Notes: generated by a model from the letters alone, not told the origin. Numbered from the stretch's first letter, positions 32,344 through 42,215 are shown. The stretch is DNA of 64,000 nt from Firmicutes bacterium ADurb.Bin248 (GCA_002069725.1 MWBW01000002.1:11225-75224), one strand, 5' to 3'. A program made the numbers and translations.

Positions 32344-34439
32344 ATCTCGGCTTCCTTTACGACGTACTTGACGCGCTCGGCGTATTCCTGCTGCTTGCCG
32401 CGGTGGAAATTCTGCACCGGGCGAAGGTAGCCTACGACGCGGCTCCACACCTCGGCTTCGGCGCCGCAGTCCGGGCAGGCGAAATGCTCGCCCGCGATGT
32501 AGCCGTGATTGGGGCACACGGAGAACGTCGGCGTCAGCGACACGTAAGGCAGCTTGTAGTTCGTGAAGATCTTTTTGATCAGCGACTTGGCGATCTCCTT
32601 GTCCGGTACGCGCTCGCCCAAATACAGGTGCAGCACCGTGCCGCCTGTGTAGCGGGTCTGCAGCTCGTCCTGCAGTTCGAGCGTTTCGAAGATGTCGTCC
32701 GTGAAACCCACGGGCAAATGGGTGGAGTTCGTGTAATACGGCGTTTCCTTCGTGCCCGCGCAGACGATGTCCGGATACTGCATGCGGTCGAGCTTGGCGA
32801 GGCGGTAGCTCGTGCCCTCGGCGGGCGTGGCCTCGAGGTTGTAGAAGTGGTTCGTTTCCTCCTGGATGATGGTCATCTGGCCGCGCAGGTAGTCCATGAT
32901 CTCCACGGCGAACTTCTGGCCTTTTTCGCTCGTGAGATCGCTTCCGTCCCGGAACAGGTTTAGGCAGGCCTCGTTCATGCCGATGATGCCTATGGTGTTG
33001 AAATGGTTGAACCAATACTGGCCCGTGCGCGCGCGGATGTTCCTCAAATAGTGCGCGGAATAGGGATAGAGGCCGCGCTCGGTCTGCGTTTCCACGACCT
33101 TGCGCTTGATTTCCAGGGAGCTTTTGGCGATCTGCACCATGCGCCACAGCCTCGCGAAGAATTCCTCGCGGCTCTTTGATTTATAGGCGATGCGCGGCAA
33201 ATTGATCGTCACCACGCCGACTGAGCCCGTGAGCGGGTTCGAGCCGAACAGGCCGCCGCCGCGCTTTCTCAATTCCTTCGTATCGAGCCTGAGGCGGCAG
33301 CACATCGAGAGCGCGTCCTCGGGCGAGAGGTCGGAGTTGATGTAGTTCGAGAAGTATGGGATGCCGTACTTGCACGTGATCTCCATGAAGCTGTCTACGA
33401 CGGGGGAATCCCAGTCGAAATCGGCCGTCACGTTGATCGTGGGGATCGGGAAGGTGAACACGCGGCCCTTGGCGTCGCCCTCGAGCATGACCTCGCAGAA
33501 CGCCGCGTTGAACATATCCATTTCCTTCTGGAACTCGCCGTACTTCTCCTTCATCAGCTTGCCGCCGATGATGACGTTCTCATCCTTCAACGTGCGCGGC
33601 GCCTTGATGTCGAAGGTCAGGTTCGAGAACGGGCACTGGAAGCCCACGCGCGTGGGCACGTTGATGTTGAAGATGAATTCCTGCAGCGCCTGCTTGACCT
33701 GATGCGGGCTCAGGCCGTCGTAACGGATGAACGGGGCGCAGTAGGTGTCGATGGAGCTCCACGCCTGCGCGCCGGCGGTTTCGCCCTGCGTGGTGAAGGT
33801 GGAGTTGACGATCTGCCCGAGGAAGCTTCTAAGGTGCTTGGGCGGGGAGGATTCCACCTTGCCGCCCACGCCGCCGAAACCGTCCGTGAGAAGCTGCCTG
33901 AGGTCCCACCCCGCGCAGTACGGCCCGAAGAAGCCCAGGTCGTGCAGATGCATGTCTCCCTCGACGTGCGCCTGGCGGACATCCTCGGGATAGATCTCGT
34001 GCAGCCAGTATTGTTTGGTGAAGGTCTCCCGCACGTAGTTGTTCATGCCGTTGATGGACTTCTGCGTGTTGGCGTTCTCCTGGATCTGCCAGTCCTTGTC
34101 GTCGAGGTAGTCGGAGAACATGTTGATGGTCGCGCCGATGAGGGCGTTGTTCTCGCGCGCGCCGCGCCGCTTCTCGCGGTAGAGTATGAACGCCTTGGCG
34201 GTTTTGGCGTGTCCGTTTTCGATGAGTATCTTCTCCGCGGCGTCCTGTATGCTCTCGACGTCCGCGATGCCGCCTTCGGTGCGGGCGCTTATGTATTCGA
34301 CCACCTCGTCGGAAAGGCGCTGGGCGCGCGCGAAATCGTCGCCCCCGACGGCGGCCGCGGCCTTGTAGATGGCCCAGGTGATTTTCTCCTGCCGGAAGGG
34401 GACAAGCTGCCCGTCGCGCTTGCGGACTCGTTGAATCAT
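32340..34439 (-). CDS. nrdD: Anaerobic ribonucleoside-triphosphate reductase (class III)
   Basis: 699 aa. N-terminal ATP-cone, C-terminal Zn site CPNHG..CPDCG and glycyl-radical motif RVVGYLRP. Confidence 0.97.
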   Translation of the reverse strand: MIQRVRKRDGQLVPFRQEKITWAIYKAAAAVGGDDFARAQRLSDEVVEYISARTEGGIADVESIQDAAEKILIENGHAKTAKAFILYREKRRGARENNALIGATINMFSDYLDDKDWQIQENANTQKSINGMNNYVRETFTKQYWLHEIYPEDVRQAHVEGDMHLHDLGFFGPYCAGWDLRQLLTDGFGGVGGKVESSPPKHLRSFLGQIVNSTFTTQGETAGAQAWSSIDTYCAPFIRYDGLSPHQVKQALQEFIFNINVPTRVGFQCPFSNLTFDIKAPRTLKDENVIIGGKLMKEKYGEFQKEMDMFNAAFCEVMLEGDAKGRVFTFPIPTINVTADFDWDSPVVDSFMEITCKYGIPYFSNYINSDLSPEDALSMCCRLRLDTKELRKRGGGLFGSNPLTGSVGVVTINLPRIAYKSKSREEFFARLWRMVQIAKSSLEIKRKVVETQTERGLYPYSAHYLRNIRARTGQYWFNHFNTIGIIGMNEACLNLFRDGSDLTSEKGQKFAVEIMDYLRGQMTIIQEETNHFYNLEATPAEGTSYRLAKLDRMQYPDIVCAGTKETPYYTNSTHLPVGFTDDIFETLELQDELQTRYTGGTVLHLYLGERVPDKEIAKSLIKKIFTNYKLPYVSLTPTFSVCPNHGYIAGEHFACPDCGAEAEVWSRVVGYLRPVQNFHRGKQQEYAERVKYVVKEAEI

Positions 34440-34472
34440 AAAGTTACCTCGTAATGATAAATATTGGATTTT

Positions 34473-34541
34473 ATACTAGATTTTGTATGTGAAGTAAAAT
34501 CCGGTACTACATATCGTAGCGCCGGATTCATGTTTTGTCAA
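34473..34541 (-). promoter_or_regulatory. Candidate nrdD promoter with two NrdR-box-like palindromes
   Basis: -35 TTGACA (34541-34536). 16-bp boxes at 34504-34519 (..CTACATATCGTAG) and 34473-34488 (ATACTAGATTTTGTAT). Their centres are 31 bp apart, the classical NrdR tandem spacing. Confidence 0.45.
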
Positions 34542-34565
34542 TCGTTATTTGTCTGTATTTGGAAA

Positions 34566-35447
34566 TTATTTAATGCGCCGCGCCTGCACGGCGAAGCGGG
34601 AGTTGTCGTATTCGTAGGTGCAGGTCGAGAGGGTCAACACCTGGTCCGCCGCGGTGACGGCGACGGACTCGTCCACGAGCGAGGGCGAAACGGTGTTGGC
34701 GTAGGCGGCCATCTCGGCCATATAGCTGACGAAGTTGTTGTCGTCCAAAAAGCGCGTGGCGATGTAGTTGATCGTAAAGCCGTCGGTGTTGGGTATGATC
34801 GTGGCGAGGTAGATCTCCCACACGGTTTCGGTGCCGTCCCAGAGGAAGTAGATGAACCTGTTCTCTTTGAAGAAATCCTTCTGCTTGTAGTTCATCAGGT
34901 CGTGGAACATGGTGCCGTTCTTCATGTTGTGGCCGTAGAGTATGATGTGCTTCTGCTGCTCGGCGTCGGCGTTGCGGAAATCCATGAAGACCGTGCCGTA
35001 GCGGCTCTTCTGCTTCTCCACGTTGCGGCCGAGGTAATACTCGTTGTCGTCGCAGCGGACCACGGGGTAATCTATGGATGTGCCGGGTATGCTGATCCAG
35101 CCGACCACGTCGGGATTCAGTTTGCGCGCGTCCTCATATTTGAGCGTGGGCAACACGTCGTCCGCCTGGGCGATGCCGTTGAGCTCGTCCGCCGTGAACT
35201 CGCGCTCGGCGAGTATGGGTTCGGCTCCGCCGTCCGTTTGGCCGGGGAGCGCGTGCGTCGTTTCGGGCGTGACGGCGGGGCTCGCGCTTGGGGGCGCGGT
35301 GGGCGCCATGGTCGCCTTGGCCTGTATGGGCGTGTTCGTCGGGCTCGCGCTCACAGCGCCGCCGCAGGCGGCAAGCAGGCATACGGCCCCGCACAGCAGC
35401 AGCGCCGAAAGCTTTTTTGCGTATCCCGCCGCGCGCGCGCGAAGCAT
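34566..35447 (-). CDS. srtB: Class B sortase (paralogue 1)
   Basis: Catalytic His (LYGHNM) and Cys (TLSTC), with the ..VGWISIPGTSIDYPVV.. motif. The N-terminus has a lipobox-like LLAAC and a Pro/Thr/Ala linker. Confidence 0.85.
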   Translation of the reverse strand: MLRARAAGYAKKLSALLLCGAVCLLAACGGAVSASPTNTPIQAKATMAPTAPPSASPAVTPETTHALPGQTDGGAEPILAEREFTADELNGIAQADDVLPTLKYEDARKLNPDVVGWISIPGTSIDYPVVRCDDNEYYLGRNVEKQKSRYGTVFMDFRNADAEQQKHIILYGHNMKNGTMFHDLMNYKQKDFFKENRFIYFLWDGTETVWEIYLATIIPNTDGFTINYIATRFLDDNNFVSYMAEMAAYANTVSPSLVDESVAVTAADQVLTLSTCTYEYDNSRFAVQARRIK

Positions 35448-35449
35448 GG

Positions 35450-36313
35450 CTAGCTCACCCGCACGGCGTGGACGACGAACCTGCCGTTGGCGTAGTTGGT
35501 GTGCGTGCAGGTGGAAAGCGTGACCACATGGTCGCCCGCCTGTATGGTTACATCCACGGGGAAGATGGACTGCGCGGCGATGGTGCTGTTCATATAGTTG
35601 ACGAAGGCCTCGTCGCTCGGTATGTCCTCGTCGACGGCCATATAATCCGCGTCGCTCACGTCGACGGAGTAGACGGAGAACACCCTGTAGGTATACGTCT
35701 TATCCCCGAAGGTGAGCTCGAACGTGCGGTTCGCGTCGTAGAAGGAACGGTTGGCGTAATTGGTCATCTGCGCGAACATGATCTTCGACTTGCTCATATT
35801 GTGGCCGTAGATGATGACGTGGCTGTCGTTCACGCCGCAGCGGTAATCCATGAAGATCGCGCCGGCTTTCGAGGCTTCCTTCTTGGCGTTCTGCGTGAGG
35901 TAGTCTATGTTGTCGCGGCTCTTCACGACGGGATAGTCCACGTTTGTGTTGCCGATTTTGATCCAGCCGACCACGTCGGAGTTTATGGCGCGGTATTCGG
36001 CGTAGCTGAGCTTTTCCTCCTCGTCGACGATGTCCGTGCCGTCGAGCTCGTTCGGGTCGATGGTGTTGGAGGGATCGACGTTGTTCGACAACGGAATCGG
36101 CGTCGCCGTCACATCCGGGCTGTCCGTGCCGGGAATCGTTTCCTGCGGGGAATCGGTTTGGCCGTTCGTTCCGTCGGGCGACTGCGTCCTGCCCGGCACG
36201 TCGATGTCGACGTCGTAGCCGTCCTGCGAATCGCAGGCGGCGGCGGGCAAAAGCAGCGCCGCGAGCGCGATAATCAACAATTTTCGGGCAAAACCCTTTT
36301 TCATCAAGCGCAA
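35450..36313 (-). CDS. srtB: Class B sortase (paralogue 2)
   Basis: IYGHNM, TLSTC, VGWIKIGNTNVDYPVV. Lipobox-like PAAAC and an acidic Asp/Pro/Thr linker. Lies 2 nt upstream of paralogue 1. The start could be ATG 36304. Confidence 0.85.
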   Translation of the reverse strand: MRLMKKGFARKLLIIALAALLLPAAACDSQDGYDVDIDVPGRTQSPDGTNGQTDSPQETIPGTDSPDVTATPIPLSNNVDPSNTIDPNELDGTDIVDEEEKLSYAEYRAINSDVVGWIKIGNTNVDYPVVKSRDNIDYLTQNAKKEASKAGAIFMDYRCGVNDSHVIIYGHNMSKSKIMFAQMTNYANRSFYDANRTFELTFGDKTYTYRVFSVYSVDVSDADYMAVDEDIPSDEAFVNYMNSTIAAQSIFPVDVTIQAGDHVVTLSTCTHTNYANGRFVVHAVRVS

Positions 36314-36339
36314 TACCTCGGTTTCCGGATCGTTTTTTC

Positions 36340-36368
36340 ATTATATCCTATCCGTGCGCAATTCACAA
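36340..36368 (-). promoter_or_regulatory. Candidate promoter of the sortase pair
   Basis: Minus strand: TTGTGA, 17-nt spacer, TATAAT. Confidence 0.5.
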
Positions 36369-36428
36369 GAATCGCCAAAGGCGCGGCCCGATTTTTGCAA
36401 TTTGTTCAAATTTGCCTTCCAAGAAGGC

Positions 36429-36457
36429 TTGTTCATCGATATGAGAAATGATAGAAT
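36429..36457 (+). promoter_or_regulatory. Candidate mreB promoter
   Basis: TTGTTC, 17-nt spacer, TAGAAT. It is followed by hairpin AAACGGGA..TCCCGTTT abutting the SD GGAGGAG. Confidence 0.45.
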
Positions 36458-36520
36458 GATTCGGAAAGACGGACGAAACGGGAAGTTTGACGGTATCTCC
36501 CGTTTGGAGGAGTTTAGGAT

Positions 36521-37570
36521 ATGGGACTTTTCGAGTTCAACGACGTCGGCATCGACCTTGGCACCGCGAGCATACTCGTGTATGTGCGCGGCAAGGGCAT
36601 CGTGCTGCGCGAGCCCTCCGTGGTCGCGGTCGAGAAGGTTTCCGGCCGCATTCTCGCCATCGGCGAGGAGGCGCGCAGGATGCTCGGCCGCACGCCCGGC
36701 ACCATCACGGCCGTGAGGCCGCTTCGCGACGGCGTGATTTCCAACTACGACATCACCGAGCGCATCCTCCATTATTTCCTCAAGAAGGTCGTCGGCACGC
36801 ACGTGTTCTTCAAGCCGCGCGTGGTCGTGTGCGTCCCCTCGGGCGTGACCGAGGTTGAGAAGCGCTCCGTCATAGACGCCACGGAGGAGGCCGGCGCGCG
36901 CCATACCTACCTCATCGAGGAACCCATCGCCGCGGCCATAGGCGCGGGCATCGACATCGCCGAGCCGCGCGGCCATATGGTCATCGACGTCGGCGGCGGC
37001 ACGACGGACATCGCGCTCATCTCGCTGGGCGGTGCCGTGCTCTCCGATTCCATCAAGATCGCAGGCGACAAATTCGACGATTCCATCGTGCGCTACATGA
37101 GAAAGAAGCACAACCTGCTCATCGGCGAGCGCACGGCCGAGGAAATGAAGATCCGCATCGGCTCCGCGTACCCGAGGAAGGAGCAGCTTTTCATCGACGT
37201 CAAGGGCAGGAACCTGATTTCCGGTTTGCCGCAGGCCATCGTCGTGGGCAGCAACGAGATGATCGACGCGCTCGAGGAGCCGCTGCAGGCCATACTCGAG
37301 AGCGTGCGCGCCATGTTCGAAAAGACCCCGCCGGAGCTCGCCAGCGACGTCGCCGAGGACGGCCTGTGCCTCACGGGCGGCGGCGCGCTGCTTTTTGGGG
37401 TGGACAAGTTCATCGCCGAGCACACGAAGGTGCCCTGCTTCGTGGCGGAGGACCCGATTTCCTGCGTGGCCATAGGCACGGGCAAGGTGCTCGATAACAT
37501 CGACAAGTTCACGCGCGGCGCCATTTACGACTACCGCCGCGGCGAGTATTACCTCGACAGCAGCACATAA
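36521..37570 (+). CDS. mreB: Rod shape-determining protein MreB/Mbl (actin-like ATPase)
   Basis: GIDLGTASILVY, DVGGGTTDIA, 349 aa. No mreC or mreD genes are adjacent. Confidence 0.93.
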   Translation: MGLFEFNDVGIDLGTASILVYVRGKGIVLREPSVVAVEKVSGRILAIGEEARRMLGRTPGTITAVRPLRDGVISNYDITERILHYFLKKVVGTHVFFKPRVVVCVPSGVTEVEKRSVIDATEEAGARHTYLIEEPIAAAIGAGIDIAEPRGHMVIDVGGGTTDIALISLGGAVLSDSIKIAGDKFDDSIVRYMRKKHNLLIGERTAEEMKIRIGSAYPRKEQLFIDVKGRNLISGLPQAIVVGSNEMIDALEEPLQAILESVRAMFEKTPPELASDVAEDGLCLTGGGALLFGVDKFIAEHTKVPCFVAEDPISCVAIGTGKVLDNIDKFTRGAIYDYRRGEYYLDSST

Positions 37571-37725
37571 CCGGTCTGTCGGCGGGCCGGCTCATAGGGC
37601 TTTCGCGAAAGCGGGGGCCCTTGATTTATGGAAATAAAAATGGCCGCAATATTTTACATTGAGGCCACCATTTCCGACTCGCGTTGTGTTATGATGAAAC
37701 AAACAACATACAAGGATGTGTGGGA

Positions 37726-38184
37726 ATGAACGTGCTCTTTTTCCTCAAGCCCAAAGCGACGGTCGCGTACGTGTTCCACGACAATACCCTGCGCCAGGCG
37801 CTCGAGAAGATGCGGTTCTACGGCTATCAGGCCATCCCCGTGATCGACCGCGAGGGGAAGTACATGGGCACCGTCACCGAAGGCGACTTCCTCTGGAAAC
37901 TCGCGGACTCCTCCTCGTGGGAAAACCGCGCGCAGGAACGGCTCTATGTGCGCGACATCATGCGCGCGGGGCACAACCCTTCGGTCAACATCAACGCCTC
38001 CATAGAGGATCTCCTGCTCATGGCGATGAACCAGAACTTCGTGCCCGTGGTGGATGATCTCGGCTCCTTCATCGGCATCGTCACGCGGCGCGACATCATG
38101 CAGTACTACTACAAGGCCACGCACGGCGAGCGCCCCGAAACTCCGTTAAAGCTTGTAGACCAGTCCCTCGTACGGCAGCAGTAG
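37726..38184 (+). CDS. CBS domain pair protein
   Basis: 152 aa with two CBS repeats (..YQAIPVIDREGKYMGTVTEGD.., ..NFVPVVDDLGSFIGIVTRRD..). The 3' end overlaps the convergent GH13 gene by 39 bp. Confidence 0.8.
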   Translation: MNVLFFLKPKATVAYVFHDNTLRQALEKMRFYGYQAIPVIDREGKYMGTVTEGDFLWKLADSSSWENRAQERLYVRDIMRAGHNPSVNINASIEDLLLMAMNQNFVPVVDDLGSFIGIVTRRDIMQYYYKATHGERPETPLKLVDQSLVRQQ

Positions 38185-39816
38185 CACCTCGGCGGCGAGA
38201 GGCCGCGAGGAATGCGTATACAGCAGGCACTCGGCTCCCTTCTTTTCGGGGAGCCTTGCTTTCGCGCTTTTACCCGTCAGGTTGATGACGACGAGCAGCC
38301 TTTCGCCCCCCGCCTGCGCGCGCGTATAGGCGATGACGCGCGGATTGTCCCGGTCGACGGGCGCGTACTCGCCCCAGACGAGCGCGGAATGCTCTTTCCG
38401 AAGGGCGATGGCGCGCTTGTAGAAGCCCACGATGGAGTCCATGTGGGTCATGTCGTCCTGTATGTTGACGGTCGTATGGTTGGGGTTGACGCGAAGCCAC
38501 GGCGTGCCCGTCGTGAAGCCCGCGTTGCGGCCGCCGTCCCACTGCACGGGGGTGCGCGCGTTGTCGCGCGTTGCGCGCTTGACGATCTTCGTCGCGAGCG
38601 CTTTTGGCACATGCATCATCGACTGGAGCAGCTTGAAGCTGTTGAGCGCCTCGAAATCCTTCCACTCGTGCGGCTCGAGCGCGAGGTTGGTCATGCCGCA
38701 CTCCTCGCCCTGGTAGATGAAGGGCGTTCCGCGCAGCGTCATGTTGTAGAGGCAAAGCGCCTTCGCGCTCGCGCGGCGGAAGCGTTCGTCCACGCTGCCG
38801 AAGCGGTCGAGCTGGCGCGGCTGGTCGTGGTTGGAGAGGTAGTTGCCCACCCAGCCGTTCGCGCGCTGCATCTCAAGCTGCCACGCGTCGCTCACGCGCT
38901 TGAACTCGAGCGTCGTAAAGCGGTAGAGCTTGCGGAAGTCGTACTTGCCGAGGGGCCCGCAGCCGAGCGTAGCGAGGTCGAAGTGGAACATCATCGTGAG
39001 CTCCCGGCGCTCGGGCGAAGTGAAATCCGGCACATCCTCTATGCCCACGAGGCACCCTTCGCCCACCGTGAGGCAGTCCGGGTATTTTGAAAAGACCTCC
39101 TCGTTCATCTCGCGGAGTATCTCGTGTATGCCGGGCTGGGCGGTCGTGAGCTTGCCGGGGAACTGGAGGCCGCGCTTGTGCGGGTCTTTGTCGGGCAGGC
39201 CCTCGGGCTTCTTCAGCAGGTTCACGACGTCTATGCGAAAGCCGCCTATGCCCTTGTCCATCCAGAAGCGCATCATGTCGTACATTTCCGCCCGAAGCCC
39301 GGCGTTCTCCCAATTGAGGTCGCACTGCTGCGGCGTGAACGAGGTCAGGTAGTATTCGCCGCTCTTCTCATCCTTCGTCCAGGCGCTGCCGCCGAAGAAA
39401 CTCATCCAGTTGTTCGGCGGCCCGTCGTTTTTCCCCTTGCGGAAGATGTAATAGTCGCGGTATTTGGATTCCGGATCGGCGAGCGCCGCCTGAAACCACG
39501 CGTGCCGGTCGGATGTATGGTTGGGCACGAGGTCGAGGAGTATTTTTATTTTGCGCTCCCCGGCCCTGGCCACGAGCGCCTCGAAATCCTCCATGGTGCC
39601 GAACTCGGGACTGACGGCGCGGTAATCCGAAATGTCGTAGCCGTAATCGTTGTTCGGCGAGGGGAAGATGGGCGAGAGCCAGACGGTGTCCACGCCCAGC
39701 TCGTGCAAATAGTCGAGCTTGGCGGCGACGCCCGGAAGGTCGCCTATGCCGTCCCCATTGGAATCGTAGAACGAGCGCGGCCAGATCTGGTAAACGATGC
39801 TTTCCCTCGGATCCAT
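38146..39816 (-). CDS. GH13 alpha-glucosidase / oligo-1,6-glucosidase-like
   Basis: IYQIWPRSFYDSNGDGIGDL, DLVPNHTS, GGFRIDVV, YLSNHDQPR. 556 aa. Confidence 0.9.
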   Translation of the reverse strand: MDPRESIVYQIWPRSFYDSNGDGIGDLPGVAAKLDYLHELGVDTVWLSPIFPSPNNDYGYDISDYRAVSPEFGTMEDFEALVARAGERKIKILLDLVPNHTSDRHAWFQAALADPESKYRDYYIFRKGKNDGPPNNWMSFFGGSAWTKDEKSGEYYLTSFTPQQCDLNWENAGLRAEMYDMMRFWMDKGIGGFRIDVVNLLKKPEGLPDKDPHKRGLQFPGKLTTAQPGIHEILREMNEEVFSKYPDCLTVGEGCLVGIEDVPDFTSPERRELTMMFHFDLATLGCGPLGKYDFRKLYRFTTLEFKRVSDAWQLEMQRANGWVGNYLSNHDQPRQLDRFGSVDERFRRASAKALCLYNMTLRGTPFIYQGEECGMTNLALEPHEWKDFEALNSFKLLQSMMHVPKALATKIVKRATRDNARTPVQWDGGRNAGFTTGTPWLRVNPNHTTVNIQDDMTHMDSIVGFYKRAIALRKEHSALVWGEYAPVDRDNPRVIAYTRAQAGGERLLVVINLTGKSAKARLPEKKGAECLLYTHSSRPLAAEVLLLPYEGLVYKL

Positions 39817-39846
39817 AGAATGACCTCCCCGATTTTATCCGTTATA

Positions 39847-40629
39847 TTAGAAAAAGATGTGCGCGACGTATTGATCCCCGAGCACGGCGAGGCCGAGGAT
39901 GAGCGTGTAGAGCGCGAAGCCCGCGAAGCCCTTTCTGACGATGAGCCTGAGCATCCAGCGGATGGCGAAATACCCGCTCGCGGCGGCGACGAGCGCGCCC
40001 ACGGCGACGCAGAGCCACGACGCGTCGCCCGGCCCCGTGCGGATGGCGTCGGGAAGCTGCAGCCCGGCGGCGCCGAGTATCACGGGGATCGAGAGCAGGA
40101 AGGAATACTGCGCGGCTTCCTCCTTGGAGAGGCCGAACACGCGCGCCCCCGCGATGGTCGAGCCGGAGCGCGACACGCCCGGCAGTATCGCCACGCCCTG
40201 CATGAGGCCGACCGCCAGCGCGTCCGGAACCTTCATCCGCTCGACGGCGTGGCCTTTTTTGGCGATCTTCTCGCTCGCAAAAAGGATGGCCGCGGTGAGC
40301 ACGAAGCCGAAGCCGAGGAAAGTTCCCTCGAATGCGCCGGTGAAGAAATCCTCGAGCAGAAAATAGATGGCCGCGGTCACGACGCTCGAGAGCGCGAGCA
40401 TATACACGCGCTTCTGGAGCGGCTTTTTGACGAGCGCCCACAGTTCGCGCCAGAATACGGCGACGACGGCGACGAGCGTGCCGATGTGCAGCATTGTGTC
40501 GAAAAACAGCGCGCCTTCCTCTATGCCGAAGATCCGCTGCATCAAAATCAGGTGGCCGGAGCTTGAGACGGGCAGGAATTCCGTGAGCCCCTGCACGAGG
40601 CCGAGCAGCGCCGCGATCAGAACATTCAT
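39847..40629 (-). CDS. uppP: Undecaprenyl-diphosphate phosphatase
   Basis: MNVLIAALLGLVQGLTEFLPVSSSGHL.., multi-TM. Start ATG 40629 after GAGGAG. Confidence 0.93.
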   Translation of the reverse strand: MNVLIAALLGLVQGLTEFLPVSSSGHLILMQRIFGIEEGALFFDTMLHIGTLVAVVAVFWRELWALVKKPLQKRVYMLALSSVVTAAIYFLLEDFFTGAFEGTFLGFGFVLTAAILFASEKIAKKGHAVERMKVPDALAVGLMQGVAILPGVSRSGSTIAGARVFGLSKEEAAQYSFLLSIPVILGAAGLQLPDAIRTGPGDASWLCVAVGALVAAASGYFAIRWMLRLIVRKGFAGFALYTLILGLAVLGDQYVAHIFF

Positions 40630-40798
40630 GAAAAAATTCTCCTCTATGACCGAGGGGCGGCCGCAGATAAGCAACAGGCGCGCCCGGTTTTTGCTTCGAT
40701 TTATTTTATGCTTTCGCCGCCAATATAGCAAGCGGAGATTGAAAAGCCGTCCCGGTTGCGGTATGCTGATGGAGCATACAAAAAAATGGAGGTCGCAT

Positions 40799-42181
40799 AT
40801 GGATCAACGCGTCGATCGCTGGATAGACGAGCATGGGGAACAGATGGTACGGGGCCTGCAAAAGTGCCTCTCCTACAGGACGGTGAAGGATTCCGCCGCC
40901 GCGAAGCCGGGCGCGCCCTTCGGGCCCGAGATCGCGGACTGCCTCGAGGACGCGCTCGCGCAGGCGCAGGCGCTCGGCTTTGAAACGAAGAACCTCGACG
41001 GATATTGCGGTTGCGTCGATTTCGGCGAGGGAGAGGAGCAGTTGGGCATACTCTGCCACCTCGACGTCGTGCCCGAGGGGGCGGGGTGGAAGCATCCCCC
41101 CTATGCGGCGGAGATCCACGACGGCATGCTCTACGCGCGCGGCGTGATGGACGACAAGGGGCCCGCCTTCGCCGCGCTCTACGCCATGGCCGCGATCAAG
41201 GCGCTGGATTTACCCATGAAGCGCCGCGTGCGGCTCATACTCGGCTGCGACGAGGAGAGCGGCATGGAGTGCCTCGCGCACTACAACAAGGTCGAACCCG
41301 CTCCGGACATGGCCTTCTCGCCCGACGCCGAATACCCTGTGGTCAATTCGGAAAAGATGATCTTCCGCAGCGAATATAAAAAGGAATATCCCTCCGCGAT
41401 CCGCATCAGATCCGGCACCGTGCCCAACGCCGTGCCCGGCGAGGCGGAGGCGGAGCTTTCGCTTTCGCTCAACCGGATACTGCCCATCGTGGAAGCCTTC
41501 ATGGAAAGGAGCGAATACGCCTGCGCCGCCGAGGCGGCGGACGGCGGCTGCCGCATCAAAGTGACGGGCGTCGCCGCGCACGCCTCCATGCCGGAGCAGG
41601 GCAAAAACGCCTTCCTGGCGCTGCTTCAGCTCCTCGATAAACTGCCGCTCGAAAAACAGGACGCGGCGACCGTTTCCGCCCTCGCGGACGTTCTTCGCCT
41701 CGATTACTACGGGCAGCGGTTCGGCCTCGATATGGCGGACGCCTCGGGCAGGCTCACGCTCAACGTCGGCGTGGTCGATTGGGACGAAACGGGCCTCAGG
41801 CGCCTCACCGTGGACATCCGCGCGCCCATCTCCGCTGACGGCAACGTGATCCGCCGAAAGCTCGCCGAAGGCTTCGCGCCCGCCGGCCTCGCCGAAATCA
41901 AAGCGAGCTGGAGCGAGGGCTATTACATGCCGCCCGAGAGCGAGCTTGTGAAGTCCCTGCTCGACGTGTACGCCGCGCGCTCGGGCAAGTATCTGCCCCC
42001 GCTCGCCATCGGCGGCGGCACCTACGCGCGCCACCTCAAAAACGCGGTGGCCTTTGGCATAGAGCGCCCGGGCGAGCCTTCCCCGGTCCACATGGCCAAC
42101 GAGCGCATGCCCGTCGCCCACCTCGTCGAGGACGCCAAGATGATCGCCGACGCCATAATCGCGCTCGCGGTGGAAAAATAA
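40799..42181 (+). CDS. M20-family dipeptidase (PepV/Sapep-like)
   Basis: ILCHLDVVPEG, ARGVMDDKGP, C-terminal ..GGGTYAR... ATG 40799 lies 5 nt after TGGAGGT. Confidence 0.85.
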   Translation: MDQRVDRWIDEHGEQMVRGLQKCLSYRTVKDSAAAKPGAPFGPEIADCLEDALAQAQALGFETKNLDGYCGCVDFGEGEEQLGILCHLDVVPEGAGWKHPPYAAEIHDGMLYARGVMDDKGPAFAALYAMAAIKALDLPMKRRVRLILGCDEESGMECLAHYNKVEPAPDMAFSPDAEYPVVNSEKMIFRSEYKKEYPSAIRIRSGTVPNAVPGEAEAELSLSLNRILPIVEAFMERSEYACAAEAADGGCRIKVTGVAAHASMPEQGKNAFLALLQLLDKLPLEKQDAATVSALADVLRLDYYGQRFGLDMADASGRLTLNVGVVDWDETGLRRLTVDIRAPISADGNVIRRKLAEGFAPAGLAEIKASWSEGYYMPPESELVKSLLDVYAARSGKYLPPLAIGGGTYARHLKNAVAFGIERPGEPSPVHMANERMPVAHLVEDAKMIADAIIALAVEK

Positions 42182-42204
42182 TTGACATGGACAATTGACA
42201 ATCG
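42180..42204 (+). repeat. Two CAATTGACAA-family motifs overlapping the stop of the dipeptidase gene
   Basis: AAA TAA TTGACATGGACAATTGACAATCG. Confidence 0.9.
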
Positions 42205-42215
42205 CATGGACGCAA

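Noticed and set aside
38146-38184. 39-bp convergent overlap of the CBS-pair gene and the GH13 gene as a possible antisense regulatory arrangement.
   Set aside because: Both reading frames simply run to their first stop. The overlap may be real, but nothing else, such as structure or repeats, marks it as special.
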